The notes beneath the pieces are model-generated. The model searched no databases and was not told the origin of the DNA. It was given only the letters and a program-made list of their open reading frames with translations. A DNA stretch of 60,984 bases, taken from positions 1-60,984 of IMG/VR virus record IMGVR_UViG_3300046382_000038; one strand, given 5' to 3'. The stretch's first letter is position 1. Every line of letters begins with the position of its first letter. The DNA is from a virus (taxonomy: Duplodnaviria > Caudoviricetes). The position numbers and the translations under genes are program-made. This document shows, in pieces, positions 28,169 to 37,700 of the stretch.

Positions 28169-28729
28169 ATGTCAACAACCTCACCCATCTTTGATCCCGC
28201 CACAGTTAAGGGAATGGCCTCTCTTGACGAGTTGAGGGATTTCTGCAATAGAGTCCGTCAAGCTGGTGGCGCTAAAGAGATCGATGATCTCATGCCTGCC
28301 GTGCCAGGCCAAACCGAGGCGTGTCTCATCGCAAAGGCGCTTAACTTTAGCTGCCAGGTGGGAGCACTTATAGATCCTGATGATTATCCCAAGGATCCCG
28401 AAGCCTGGGCTATGCAGGTTCGAGACGAGGAGCTTGCCCACAAGATTAGCAAGGAGTGTAAACTCCCTGTTATTGACAAGGATGAGTACTACGAGGTTGT
28501 GCTCCCGAAGAAGATCTATCGGGTGGCTCAGATCTACGATGGGGTATCTAGCCTCATGTGGGAATGCCATACCGAAGAACTGGTTGAGTCGGAGGACGGT
28601 GAGCGTTATGTAGATATCCTTAATGAGGATCTTATGACGATGCAGGAGAAGAACCTCCTTAAGAAGTTCTGGCCCTATTTTGATGATGCCACTAAAGCGG
28701 CTTGGGCCAAGCCGTCCTTCGTTGATTAG
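28169..28729 (+). CDS. Acidic hypothetical protein
   Basis: 186 aa; GGAG upstream. Confidence 0.6.
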   Translation: MSTTSPIFDPATVKGMASLDELRDFCNRVRQAGGAKEIDDLMPAVPGQTEACLIAKALNFSCQVGALIDPDDYPKDPEAWAMQVRDEELAHKISKECKLPVIDKDEYYEVVLPKKIYRVAQIYDGVSSLMWECHTEELVESEDGERYVDILNEDLMTMQEKNLLKKFWPYFDDATKAAWAKPSFVD

Positions 28730-28742
28730 AAAGGGTTTAGAG

Positions 28743-29189
28743 ATGAAGTCGCCTACCAGAAGACAAGCTCTAGAAAAGATCCGTGATTACGTTGCCGAGA
28801 ATGGCATCGACGGGTATGCCGTCGAGACCGAGATGGATGGAAGACCCCTATGCCCCCGTGGGCTCGTTCATGCCGCGTTCGGAAGCGGGGGAAGTATCGA
28901 CTCTGGCTACGTGAGTCCGTTCAACATTCCCCCTTCCGTTGCGGGCAAGGCTGCCCTTAAGGCTCTTGATGAGGCTGCTCAGAAGCTAGGTGTGATCGAG
29001 AACCCCTGGAATGATAAGAGGATGCCTGGAGGCTATGCCGAAGCCTACGCTAAGAAGATCGGCACGCATCCTGTTGATAACTACGACAATCCCTGCTCAG
29101 AGGCATGGGAGCAGGAGAGAGCCGAACGCCTAGAGCCAAGCAAGGTCAAAGGCGTCGAGTTCGTAGAGACAGCCCTCCAGCTTGTTTAA
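28743..29189 (+). CDS. Hypothetical protein
   Basis: Start ATG 28743 (MKSPTRR). Confidence 0.55.
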   Translation: MKSPTRRQALEKIRDYVAENGIDGYAVETEMDGRPLCPRGLVHAAFGSGGSIDSGYVSPFNIPPSVAGKAALKALDEAAQKLGVIENPWNDKRMPGGYAEAYAKKIGTHPVDNYDNPCSEAWEQERAERLEPSKVKGVEFVETALQLV

Positions 29190-29209
29190 ACGCTCCTAAT
29201 TAGGGAAAG

Positions 29210-29238
29210 AAAAAGGCCCGCACTTGGCGGGCCTTTTT
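29210..29238. terminator. Bidirectional intrinsic terminator
   Basis: AAAAAGGCCCGC-ACTTG-GCGGGCCTTTTT between the convergent capsid gene and plus-strand block. Confidence 0.9.
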
Positions 29239-29258
29239 GATGCTTGTTGGGCTTTGAC

Positions 29259-30380
29259 TTAAAGCTCGAAGCTCGTCGGGGATTCTGCCTGAGTGAGGGC
29301 TTTGCCGACTCCCAATCCAGAAATATCCAGTCTTGCCGGGGCAGCAGTTGAATCTGCCTTGAGCAATCTTGAGATACCACGGGGATTTAAGACTAACATG
29401 CCTATCAACTCGTCCATGACCCATCCCTTGTAGAACTGCTCTACCTGATGGTTCTCCTCCACGTCGAGCGAGTACATGACCGGCATTACGCCGACGAACT
29501 CAGGCTCAGCGGTGAGGAAGATCTCACCCTGTGGCACGATGATCGAACGCTGGATCTGGAACTCTCCGAAGGATGTGATGCGTCCTCCTGCGAAGACCTC
29601 ATCCTTGAAGCGGAATCCAGTAACGTTTAGGTCCCAGGTGTAAAGATCGCGAATGTCGGCCGGGTGGGCTAGCACTCTACGAGCTTCAAGCTGGTTGATC
29701 TCGATCTGCGTGACTGCGTTGTAGAAGTCAGCAGGCTCTAGTGGGTTTCCTGCACCTAGGAGCACGGTGTGCTCGTTCGGTACGGAGGCGGGTCCAGAGG
29801 CGATTCCTGTAGCGACACCACCAGTTGGGGCGGTACCGATTACCGGGAATCCAGTGGAGGTACCAGCGATGGCGGCTCCTAGGCCAACGATGGCCTGCTC
29901 AAGTAGAAGGATAAGACGGGCGTCCTCCTGCTTCTGGATTGCCTGGCGCGTCTCGTCCTGAGCGTACTCAACGGCGTTGACGCGGAGGTAGTACAGATCC
30001 TCCTTGCGGATTCGCGGGAAGGAGGCGATCCTGAATAGCTGCGGGAAAGCCTGCTTACCCTCGAACGGGGTGATCTTGACCTCGGCATCCGTGCTGTTAA
30101 GCACGTATGCGCGACCAAGGTCGTCCAGGATGTCGTAAGGCATGAGCGGTCCACGCTCTAGGGTGTCCTCTACGAGGACATTTCGAACGATTCCCTCGTA
30201 GCGAAGGCGGATCTGAATCGGTCCGACCATTCCCTGGCCAATGCGGCGAAGCGCATTCTGCTTGTCGGCTAGAATAGCCTCTAGTCGAGCGACCTTTTGC
30301 TTTCGAGAAAGCTTCGGAAGATCTTTTAGCTTCTCCTCATAGTCACCGGAGGCTACTGCCTGTCGTGCTGTTAGTTCCAT
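29259..30380 (-). CDS. Major capsid protein (HK97 fold)
   Basis: 373 aa; PIQIRLRYEGIVRNVL, FRIASFPRI, AIQKQED, GWVMDELIGMLVLNPRG; strong codon bias; terminator follows. Confidence 0.85.
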   Translation of the reverse strand: MELTARQAVASGDYEEKLKDLPKLSRKQKVARLEAILADKQNALRRIGQGMVGPIQIRLRYEGIVRNVLVEDTLERGPLMPYDILDDLGRAYVLNSTDAEVKITPFEGKQAFPQLFRIASFPRIRKEDLYYLRVNAVEYAQDETRQAIQKQEDARLILLLEQAIVGLGAAIAGTSTGFPVIGTAPTGGVATGIASGPASVPNEHTVLLGAGNPLEPADFYNAVTQIEINQLEARRVLAHPADIRDLYTWDLNVTGFRFKDEVFAGGRITSFGEFQIQRSIIVPQGEIFLTAEPEFVGVMPVMYSLDVEENHQVEQFYKGWVMDELIGMLVLNPRGISRLLKADSTAAPARLDISGLGVGKALTQAESPTSFEL

Positions 30381-30391
30381 TGATGTTATCC

Positions 30392-30973
30392 TTATACCAG
30401 TAGCTTGATTCGTAGGACGCTGGAGGAAGGCCTATCAATGACTTCAGCTACAGCGACACGGCTTCCCGGAGAGGAGATGTAGGTTAGGCGTCCATCTTTA
30501 CCTGCGTAAAGGAGTGGAGCTTTACCTGCGGCTGCCGCTGATACGGCTGCGGCTAGACCTTCATCGTTCCAGGCTGGAGCCAAGAGGTCGTAGACGGAAT
30601 CTACGCCCTGCCAGACGGCGATCTCGTTAGTCTGTTTAACTCCGTCGAAGACTCCTCCTACCCACTGAGCCAAAAGGCCAGCAGGACGGACGGCTTCTGC
30701 GGGGCTAGCGGCGACTGTGTAATTCTCGCCGGTAGTCTTTACCATTACGAGTCCAGGAGTCAGAGAGTTCTGGTACGTAAAGGCTTCTTTTTCCCTAGCC
30801 ACCGGAGTGGTGTCGGTTTCTTTCGGGATTCTGATTGAACCGTCTGTGTTGCGAAGAGAAGGATCCAGGTAACCAGCGTAAGGCGTGGCCTGTGTCTGTC
30901 CCTCAACAACCCTAATCAGACGTTTCTGCGCGGTAAGGTTGATGTTTGAAGCATCACCGTAAATTACTTGCAT
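30392..30973 (-). CDS. Capsid decoration/cement protein
   Basis: 193 aa between scaffold and MCP; LLYAGKDGRL...VAVAEV pattern. Confidence 0.65.
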   Translation of the reverse strand: MQVIYGDASNINLTAQKRLIRVVEGQTQATPYAGYLDPSLRNTDGSIRIPKETDTTPVAREKEAFTYQNSLTPGLVMVKTTGENYTVAASPAEAVRPAGLLAQWVGGVFDGVKQTNEIAVWQGVDSVYDLLAPAWNDEGLAAAVSAAAAGKAPLLYAGKDGRLTYISSPGSRVAVAEVIDRPSSSVLRIKLLV

Positions 30974-31080
30974 TATCTAGGGTCCTGTGTTAGTGTGTTG
31001 GGTTTCTCGCGCCTTGGCGCTGATACCGTTCACCTTTTCAAGTGACGGCGAAATATAAAAAATTAGTTAACCTTTTCCAT

Positions 31081-33444
31081 TTACATGAAAAGACCAGAGT
31101 CAAGAGAAGTTTCCTCTTGTACCTCTGCCGCTTCATGGTCGGTGGCTACGCGCTCGAAGGAGCTTGCAAACTTTCCCGTTTTAACGTCATAGTGGCCTGC
31201 CCCTACTGCGGCACGACCAGACGTGAAGGACGGAAGCTTTCGAACCGAAGCTGTACGAGCTTCAGCCAAGCGCTGTAGTCCTGCCGTCTTGACCTTCGAG
31301 AGAGTCTGCTCAACCTGAGCGATTTCCTCATCGCTCTGGGAAGCTAGCTCAGCGAGACGATTTGGCTTCTCGTCCCTCTTGATGAGACCTAGATCTTCTT
31401 CAAGATCCGCTACTTTCATAGCTGCGATCACATGGGAGGTCCAGCCGTTATCGGTGTTGTTCTGCTGTAGCTCTCGGGTAACTGGCTCCTGCTGGCGCAG
31501 AACCCCGTTGCCGTCTGTGCCGCTCCAAGTGGTGGTGGGGCCAGAGTTATTGTCGGGAGTCGTTGTGGACTTAAGTACGTCCACGCGATCCTGGGCTTTA
31601 CCAATAGGATCAGCGGGCTGGGTGCCTTTGTTGGCCGATCCACCCTCGATCTCGTCGTCGGGCCAAGGCTTGGGGTCGCCAGCCTGGCGAGCAGAGGAAC
31701 CCTTGTTCTGATTACCTTCAAGACTCTCGTTAGTCACGCTATCCGTGAAGCCTTTCTCGCTACCATCTGAATCCTCATAGGTCTTGGTGGGACCTGAATC
31801 CTCAGTGGTTTTGTCCTTGTTGAATCCGGCATCATCCGAGTCCTGACTGGCGGTCGGAAGATCCTCTTTCTTTTCGGCCTCAACGTCCGTGACCCCAGTG
31901 CTACCGATTCCGGTAACATCGGTCTGAGAGTCAGCTTGGGAAGCCTGCTCGTTTGATGCGTCTAGGACTCCACCAACACCCTCAACGTCTGTGCGCTTGT
32001 CAGCGGCAGCATCTGGTGCGGTAGGCCCATCAGCAGTTCTGGTGCTCATGTTGTCTCCTGATCTATTTGCCTTCGCCCGCTGAATTAGCGTTTGAGCGGT
32101 AAGCATGGTTGGTGTTACGGATGAAGTAACTGGTTTATCCTGATCGCTGACTACCTTCTCCTGGTTGGGCTCGTTGGTGGCAGGCTTTTGAGTCTGCCTA
32201 ATCGGTCGTTCATTTTGATTAATACGAGCCGCCACTCGGGGGTGCAATTCGGGTATCCAATGCATTTCATTGATTAAACTAGCGGTGAGTCCGGAATTTC
32301 TAGCATGTTGCTGCATGAAACTACCGGGTTGGGGTGCGCCACTTGACGGAGGTGAGCCCCCTCCTGGAGCGGGAGCGCCCTCTGGGGGAGGGCCACCCTC
32401 CTCGTCGGGAACCGTTAAACTTTCGGCATCTGCGTCTTTAAACTCCTGCTGAATCTCTTTAGCTTTTGTGAGATCGGGGTTGTCGAATCCGTCTGGCGGA
32501 GCCTCGTATCCACAGATTTCACAGGTGTCGCCCTCCATGTCCTCACCACAGACCGGACATACCTGCTGCTTGCGTAGGGTGTCTACCTCTTCGGGGGCCG
32601 AGGGCTGGAAGGACTGCGGAAGATCATTCTCTGCTGTATGAACAGAGCCCTCATGCTGAACGCCTGCGCGAATTTCCTTCGTTAATGCCGTCTCATCAGC
32701 AGGATCGAAGACTGCGGAGATCTCGAAGAACTTAATGCCGTAGCAGTTCTCGTATGACTTGCGGGAGACACGCTTGCCATCGGCCGTCTTGTAGTCGTGG
32801 TGCGCCCCCTTCATTACGATGTGGGAGCAATACTCATCTGGATTGGTGGCGATGTGACCACAGTGAGAGCACTTGGACTTCTCCACATCGCAGCCCATGG
32901 AGAAACCGTCGATGTCACCGTTACGAATAGCCTTAGCTAATTTCGGGAACTTCTTGGCATCGACCTCGATTAGAAGCTCAATCTCAGTAGCCGGTAGGTG
33001 CTCCGGATCTGCTTCACCACTTGAGTAGTATTTGTCAAGGGCGGATTCCCTTGAACCAAGGACCCTGAGCTTGGCGTCTACGACTACTCCACGAGCGCGC
33101 TTAGGATCAGAGTTGTTGTGATCCACAAAGTGAGGCTTGCCCATGAAGGTGGCAAAACCGAACTCCTTGTTGCCATTGGCGGCCTCAATGGTGAAACCTT
33201 CAGAGGAGGTCTTATGAGACTCTAGGATCTCGGGGGATCCGGCAAGCTCTACAGCGGGCCAACCGTCGTGGTTCTTGTTCACCCTTGAGGAGATCGCACG
33301 GATACGGACATACTGATATCCATCGCCGGTACGAAAGTCGGCAAAGTCAGAAAGCTTGTCGAGACTTGCCGTCTTGCGCTGGACGGGGGAGCCCTTTACA
33401 TCTAAGACCTGTGACTGCTCGAAGGTTGCGTACTTGGTTAGCAT
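31081..33444 (-). CDS. Prohead protease with zinc fingers fused to scaffold
   Basis: FVDHNN...RGVVVDA...FSMGC...CSHC...EISAVFDPAD; long acidic low-complexity C-terminal half. Confidence 0.75.
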   Translation of the reverse strand: MLTKYATFEQSQVLDVKGSPVQRKTASLDKLSDFADFRTGDGYQYVRIRAISSRVNKNHDGWPAVELAGSPEILESHKTSSEGFTIEAANGNKEFGFATFMGKPHFVDHNNSDPKRARGVVVDAKLRVLGSRESALDKYYSSGEADPEHLPATEIELLIEVDAKKFPKLAKAIRNGDIDGFSMGCDVEKSKCSHCGHIATNPDEYCSHIVMKGAHHDYKTADGKRVSRKSYENCYGIKFFEISAVFDPADETALTKEIRAGVQHEGSVHTAENDLPQSFQPSAPEEVDTLRKQQVCPVCGEDMEGDTCEICGYEAPPDGFDNPDLTKAKEIQQEFKDADAESLTVPDEEGGPPPEGAPAPGGGSPPSSGAPQPGSFMQQHARNSGLTASLINEMHWIPELHPRVAARINQNERPIRQTQKPATNEPNQEKVVSDQDKPVTSSVTPTMLTAQTLIQRAKANRSGDNMSTRTADGPTAPDAAADKRTDVEGVGGVLDASNEQASQADSQTDVTGIGSTGVTDVEAEKKEDLPTASQDSDDAGFNKDKTTEDSGPTKTYEDSDGSEKGFTDSVTNESLEGNQNKGSSARQAGDPKPWPDDEIEGGSANKGTQPADPIGKAQDRVDVLKSTTTPDNNSGPTTTWSGTDGNGVLRQQEPVTRELQQNNTDNGWTSHVIAAMKVADLEEDLGLIKRDEKPNRLAELASQSDEEIAQVEQTLSKVKTAGLQRLAEARTASVRKLPSFTSGRAAVGAGHYDVKTGKFASSFERVATDHEAAEVQEETSLDSGLFM

Positions 33445-33475
33445 ATGCTAACTTTTAATTAACCGCTGAGGGCAG

Positions 33476-33673
33476 TTAATCTAGTTGTTCGCCAAGGAGC
33501 TTGACGAAGACCGCCTCGGAATCGTAGGTCAACGTCTTTAGGGTCTGAATGGCTGCGCGCTCCTGCTTGGAGGGCATATTCCAACTCTCGATGAGTCCGC
33601 AGAGTCTTCCTCTTAGCCGATTCATCTCGTCGTGAATTATCTCCTCGTCGGGAGCGAGTTCATCGGGCGCCAT
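33476..33673 (-). CDS. Small hypothetical protein
   Basis: RBS AGGAGA; 65 aa. Confidence 0.55.
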   Translation of the reverse strand: MAPDELAPDEEIIHDEMNRLRGRLCGLIESWNMPSKQERAAIQTLKTLTYDSEAVFVKLLGEQLD

Positions 33674-33682
33674 TAGAGTCTC

Positions 33683-34513
33683 CTAGTAGGCCGAGATCAG
33701 GGCCTTGGCAATACGTCTGCCGTTTTCGTCCCGACCCTCGGTTACCTGCTTGACCTTAAATCCAGCAGGTAGCTCCTTGCAGCGAGCCGTGTAGCCTAGC
33801 TGCTGAAGTTCCATGTCTACGTCAGAGAGAAGTGCATCCTCGGGGATCGCGGAGGCACAAGTGAAGGAGGCAACCTTGCCGATGTGGTTTATCCATGGGT
33901 GATCGGCAGGTACGCTAGCGAACGCCGGGGTACCGATTGGCGTTACTCCCGGAGGGGCCTCGCCTGGTTTAGTGGCGCGCTGGTGCTGTACGATCTGATC
34001 GGGGCCTGCGGGTCCTCCGTGCTGACCATGCGGTCCGGGAGGTCCACCACCGGGAGGTCCAGGGGGCGGAGGCCCTTCGGGACCAGGAACGGGGCTATCC
34101 ATGGGACCGGGACCGCCTGGTTCAATTCCAAGCGCTTGGGTAAGTAGCGTGACCATATGAAGTAGCTGCTTAAGCTCTCCTGCCTCGCCGCCCTTCTCAC
34201 CCTTCTCCTTCGGAGGTCCATCTGGCTTTGGCGGGCCTTCTCCCCCATCATCTGAGGGACCATCATCGGAGGGAGGACCATCGGGAGCCTCGCCCCCATC
34301 GTCCTTTGGAGGACCAGCCTCCTCCTCTTCGGGTCCCTCGTCCTTGGCGGGTGGGAACTCAGCCTCGTGCCAAGCAGCTACCCACTGGCCCTGAACGGGG
34401 AGAAGCTGTACCTCAACCTCTGGGGCCAATTTGCCCTGGGCTCTTAGTTGTTCTTCGGCAACCTTAGCCGTAACTGTGTTTGTGGGCGGGCCGCTAATTA
34501 GTCTGATGGACAT
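33683..34513 (-). CDS. Pro/Gly-rich head-associated protein
   Basis: 276 aa; KVA/HEA motifs; late motif upstream. Confidence 0.5.
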   Translation of the reverse strand: MSIRLISGPPTNTVTAKVAEEQLRAQGKLAPEVEVQLLPVQGQWVAAWHEAEFPPAKDEGPEEEEAGPPKDDGGEAPDGPPSDDGPSDDGGEGPPKPDGPPKEKGEKGGEAGELKQLLHMVTLLTQALGIEPGGPGPMDSPVPGPEGPPPPGPPGGGPPGPHGQHGGPAGPDQIVQHQRATKPGEAPPGVTPIGTPAFASVPADHPWINHIGKVASFTCASAIPEDALLSDVDMELQQLGYTARCKELPAGFKVKQVTEGRDENGRRIAKALISAY

Positions 34514-34551
34514 GTCAAAGATTATTTAAGGGATTAGGCCTTTAGTAAGTG

Positions 34552-34755
34552 TTAGCTCCCCGGCATCTTCACGATTCGGGGGTTAACATCGCGTTCTACG
34601 GACTTAAGAGCCGCGTCTTCTTTTCTGCGAACCTCACTCAGGGTGAACTGCCGAGCAACTACTTCGGCTTTGCCATGGCATTTTTCACATTCCTCAGGGG
34701 GAAGGCCATTGCGTCCACAAAGGCCGCACTCGTAAACCTCACTTGGGTCTGACAT
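34552..34755 (-). CDS. Small zinc-ribbon protein
   Basis: CGLCG...CEKCHG; AAGGAGAG RBS. Confidence 0.6.
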   Translation of the reverse strand: MSDPSEVYECGLCGRNGLPPEECEKCHGKAEVVARQFTLSEVRRKEDAALKSVERDVNPRIVKMPGS

Positions 34756-34763
34756 TACTCTCC

Positions 34764-37700
34764 TTAGATGCCCATGAGCAGGTGCTCCATGGGAACATTT
34801 TCTCCGTTTGCTTTACCGCTGTAATCCTCTCGGGCCGTATAGTGGGTCCCCTCAAGGTTGAGGAGATCGGCATTGCGGGCAACTCCCTCCTCGTCAATTA
34901 GTTCGCGCTGCTCAGAAGGTGTGAAGTGGCGACCCGCTGTCTTTTGCTCAGCGTTCTCGTTCAGGCGTGACTTGATGGCCTGAAGACGCCCATCTTTGGC
35001 GGCAATATCACCAAGATTTCGTGATTTGCTCTGTGCCTCGCGCATCCCCTGGGCGCGCTCCATTCCCTCCCAGAAGCTGTCGTCGCGGGAGTCCTGGTTT
35101 ATCCAATCCCGCGTGTGAGCCAAATGGTCTGTTTCAAACATCTCCTCTTTTTCCTCCCAGACGTGGAGGCAGCGGTGACATTCGTTAAAGTAGGAGTCAG
35201 CCGAGGCCATCGAGGAGGTGTATTCCTTCCAGCCGCATTTCGGGCAATGATCGTGGGTGCTAGAGGTAGGAGCCATAGCGTGAGGCGTTTCTAGCTCGTC
35301 GGTGGTCTGAGGCCTAGGAGGTTCGCCTGGAGCTTGTTGCCCAGGAGGCGGCTGGTTACCTCGGTCTTCCATGCTGTCTGCAACTGGCGCAAACTGCATG
35401 TGATCCATTTCTAGTTCCTGCCTAGAGATGGTGGTACGAGCCTGAAGGGTGTTGGGGTCATTGGCAATGGTGCCAATGAGGGAGACTTCGATTCCATCCG
35501 GCTTGACGTGCTCCACTCTGATGATGTCAGGAAGTTCATACTTCGGGTTTATCATTTCGTATTCTTGACCGGGAACCAGTTTCTGGTTGTTAACGTCGTG
35601 CCAGGTCAACGATGAATCTTCTTCAGCTTCCGGGTTGCGGGGCTGGTGTCGCTCGGCGGCAGGAGCATCTACGGGGTTTTCAGGGGCGGCTACCCTAGAC
35701 TCTTTGTTAACCGACTTATCAGTAACGGCCCCCTCTGCCTTCCAGACATGACCGCATGCGTGACACTGAGCGTGATTTTCTTCATCTGCCATCATGCCGG
35801 TGGTAGCCGATCCGCAAACGGGGCAACGTCTAGCTACATTATCTGCGGCAACATGAGCCATCGGCTGCATCGGCTGGCCTCCCGGTTCTCCCCCTCCCAT
35901 ACCGGGCATTGGCATAGCTCCCTGAGGGGCAGGCTGGGGTGTAGGAGGCTGGGGCTGTTCGCCTGGCTGTACTTGCGGAGCCACGTTGGGCTGCTGCTGA
36001 ATCGAGGCAAGCTCCTTGGCGTAATTCCAAGGTTCGATAGGAACGTTAGGTGTCTCTTCGGCACGTCCCTGCTGAATGAGTAATTCCTGCACAGCAGCGA
36101 TTTGCTCAGGAGTAGTCGGCCCCTGGTGATTTGCTGCAACTAGAGCCATAACGGGATCATTGCTCGCAAAGCCCTGGGGTAGTGCTCCGGGCGTCGGCAT
36201 TGGGGTCTGGGGATTGCCTCCCGCCATCGCTCCTGCTCCGCACTGGGGACAAGCGCCGGTTCCATTAAGGACTCCACCGCACTGAGGGCATGTGCCCTGC
36301 TGGGGCATGGCCCCCGGCTGTACCTGGGGGTTACCACTGGGGGCTACCATGTTCTCTAGGTGTTGGTTAATATCGTTAGGGTCCACGTTAACTATCGCTG
36401 TCTTGGCATGAATACCATGGGGCTTCTGGGCTTGATTGCGGATGAATTCCTCCGCCAGTTGTTCGTCCTCCGGGGTTACTCGATCCAGATAGCCAGGGTT
36501 CTCAGCCTCTAGAGCCTCGTGTAGGGCTCGAATCTGAGGATCGTTTTCTCCCGACTCCGGAGAGTGGTAGTAATGAGTAACGAGGGGCAACAGCATGTTT
36601 AAACGGTCTAGGCCGGGGCTATCGGGGGCGAAGCCTGCGTGCTCCCTTACGCCATCCTCGCCGCTAGCTCCCGAGTCTTCCAGGTTGGGATTAAGAAGGT
36701 TTTCGGGCGAGTGATCCTGATCGTTGAACTCTTTTTGATCTACCTTCTCGGGATCGTTATCGTTCTTAACGCCTACGTCGGGGTTGGAGGCTGGGGTTTC
36801 GTAGTCGGCTACGAAGACTGCGGCTAGAGCCAAGTTGGGCTGCTCTTCGGGCATTGAGGCGTTTCCACCACCGCCGCCTCCAAAGACGCCCCCTAGGGCC
36901 TTGCCCATAAGCCCCCCCGCTACTTTTCCTAGAAAACCACCAGCGACCGTTCCGACTCCCGGCATGAGTGCTGTACCGATTGCCTCTCCTGCTGCCTGGC
37001 CAGCCATTCCTCCTCCTGCCCATCCTGCTACTTCAGGAGCGTCTATTGCCTCCTTGGTGGAAGCGGCTACCTGCTGCGGCTGTTCTTCTCTCGGGGGAGG
37101 CGGAGGCACTTCACCATTCTGGACTCGCTTCTGAAGTTCGAGCATTGCCGGTACCGGCTGAGACTGACCCATTTCTAGCTGTTCCTGAATAGCAGGAATA
37201 TGATCGGGGTGGTGAACCTTTACCTCTACAGGCTGCTTGCGACTGGGATCGGCGTAGCTCATCATGAGGCCATGGACTCCTAGCTGCCTGGCGGGCTGTC
37301 CATCAAGGTGGGCATCCATCAGATCGAGCCATTTGTAATGAGCACCATGAATGCCTGCCGGTCCTGGGTTAACCATCACGGCGTGCTGGGGACCGGCCAA
37401 GGGGCCTTTGTCAAATTCAACAGCGTCAGCTTCGTGCGTCCATGGCAAATAGGGATCCATGGGGGCGTGACGCGAGTAGGGTGAATGTTTGGACACTGAA
37501 AAGAAACTGTCTAACGGATTATTCTTCATAAGTTTAAGCCGAGGATCAGCCTGAATGAAAGCAGCGGGGTCGTGACCTCCTACTGTCTGGATGTCCCCGT
37601 TGGGTTCAATCTCGATACCCGTTCGCCAATCAACGTGGTCGGGATTCACTCCTAGGCTTTCCACATATGGCTTGTGGGTTAGGCCCAAAGCCTCTGCGCC

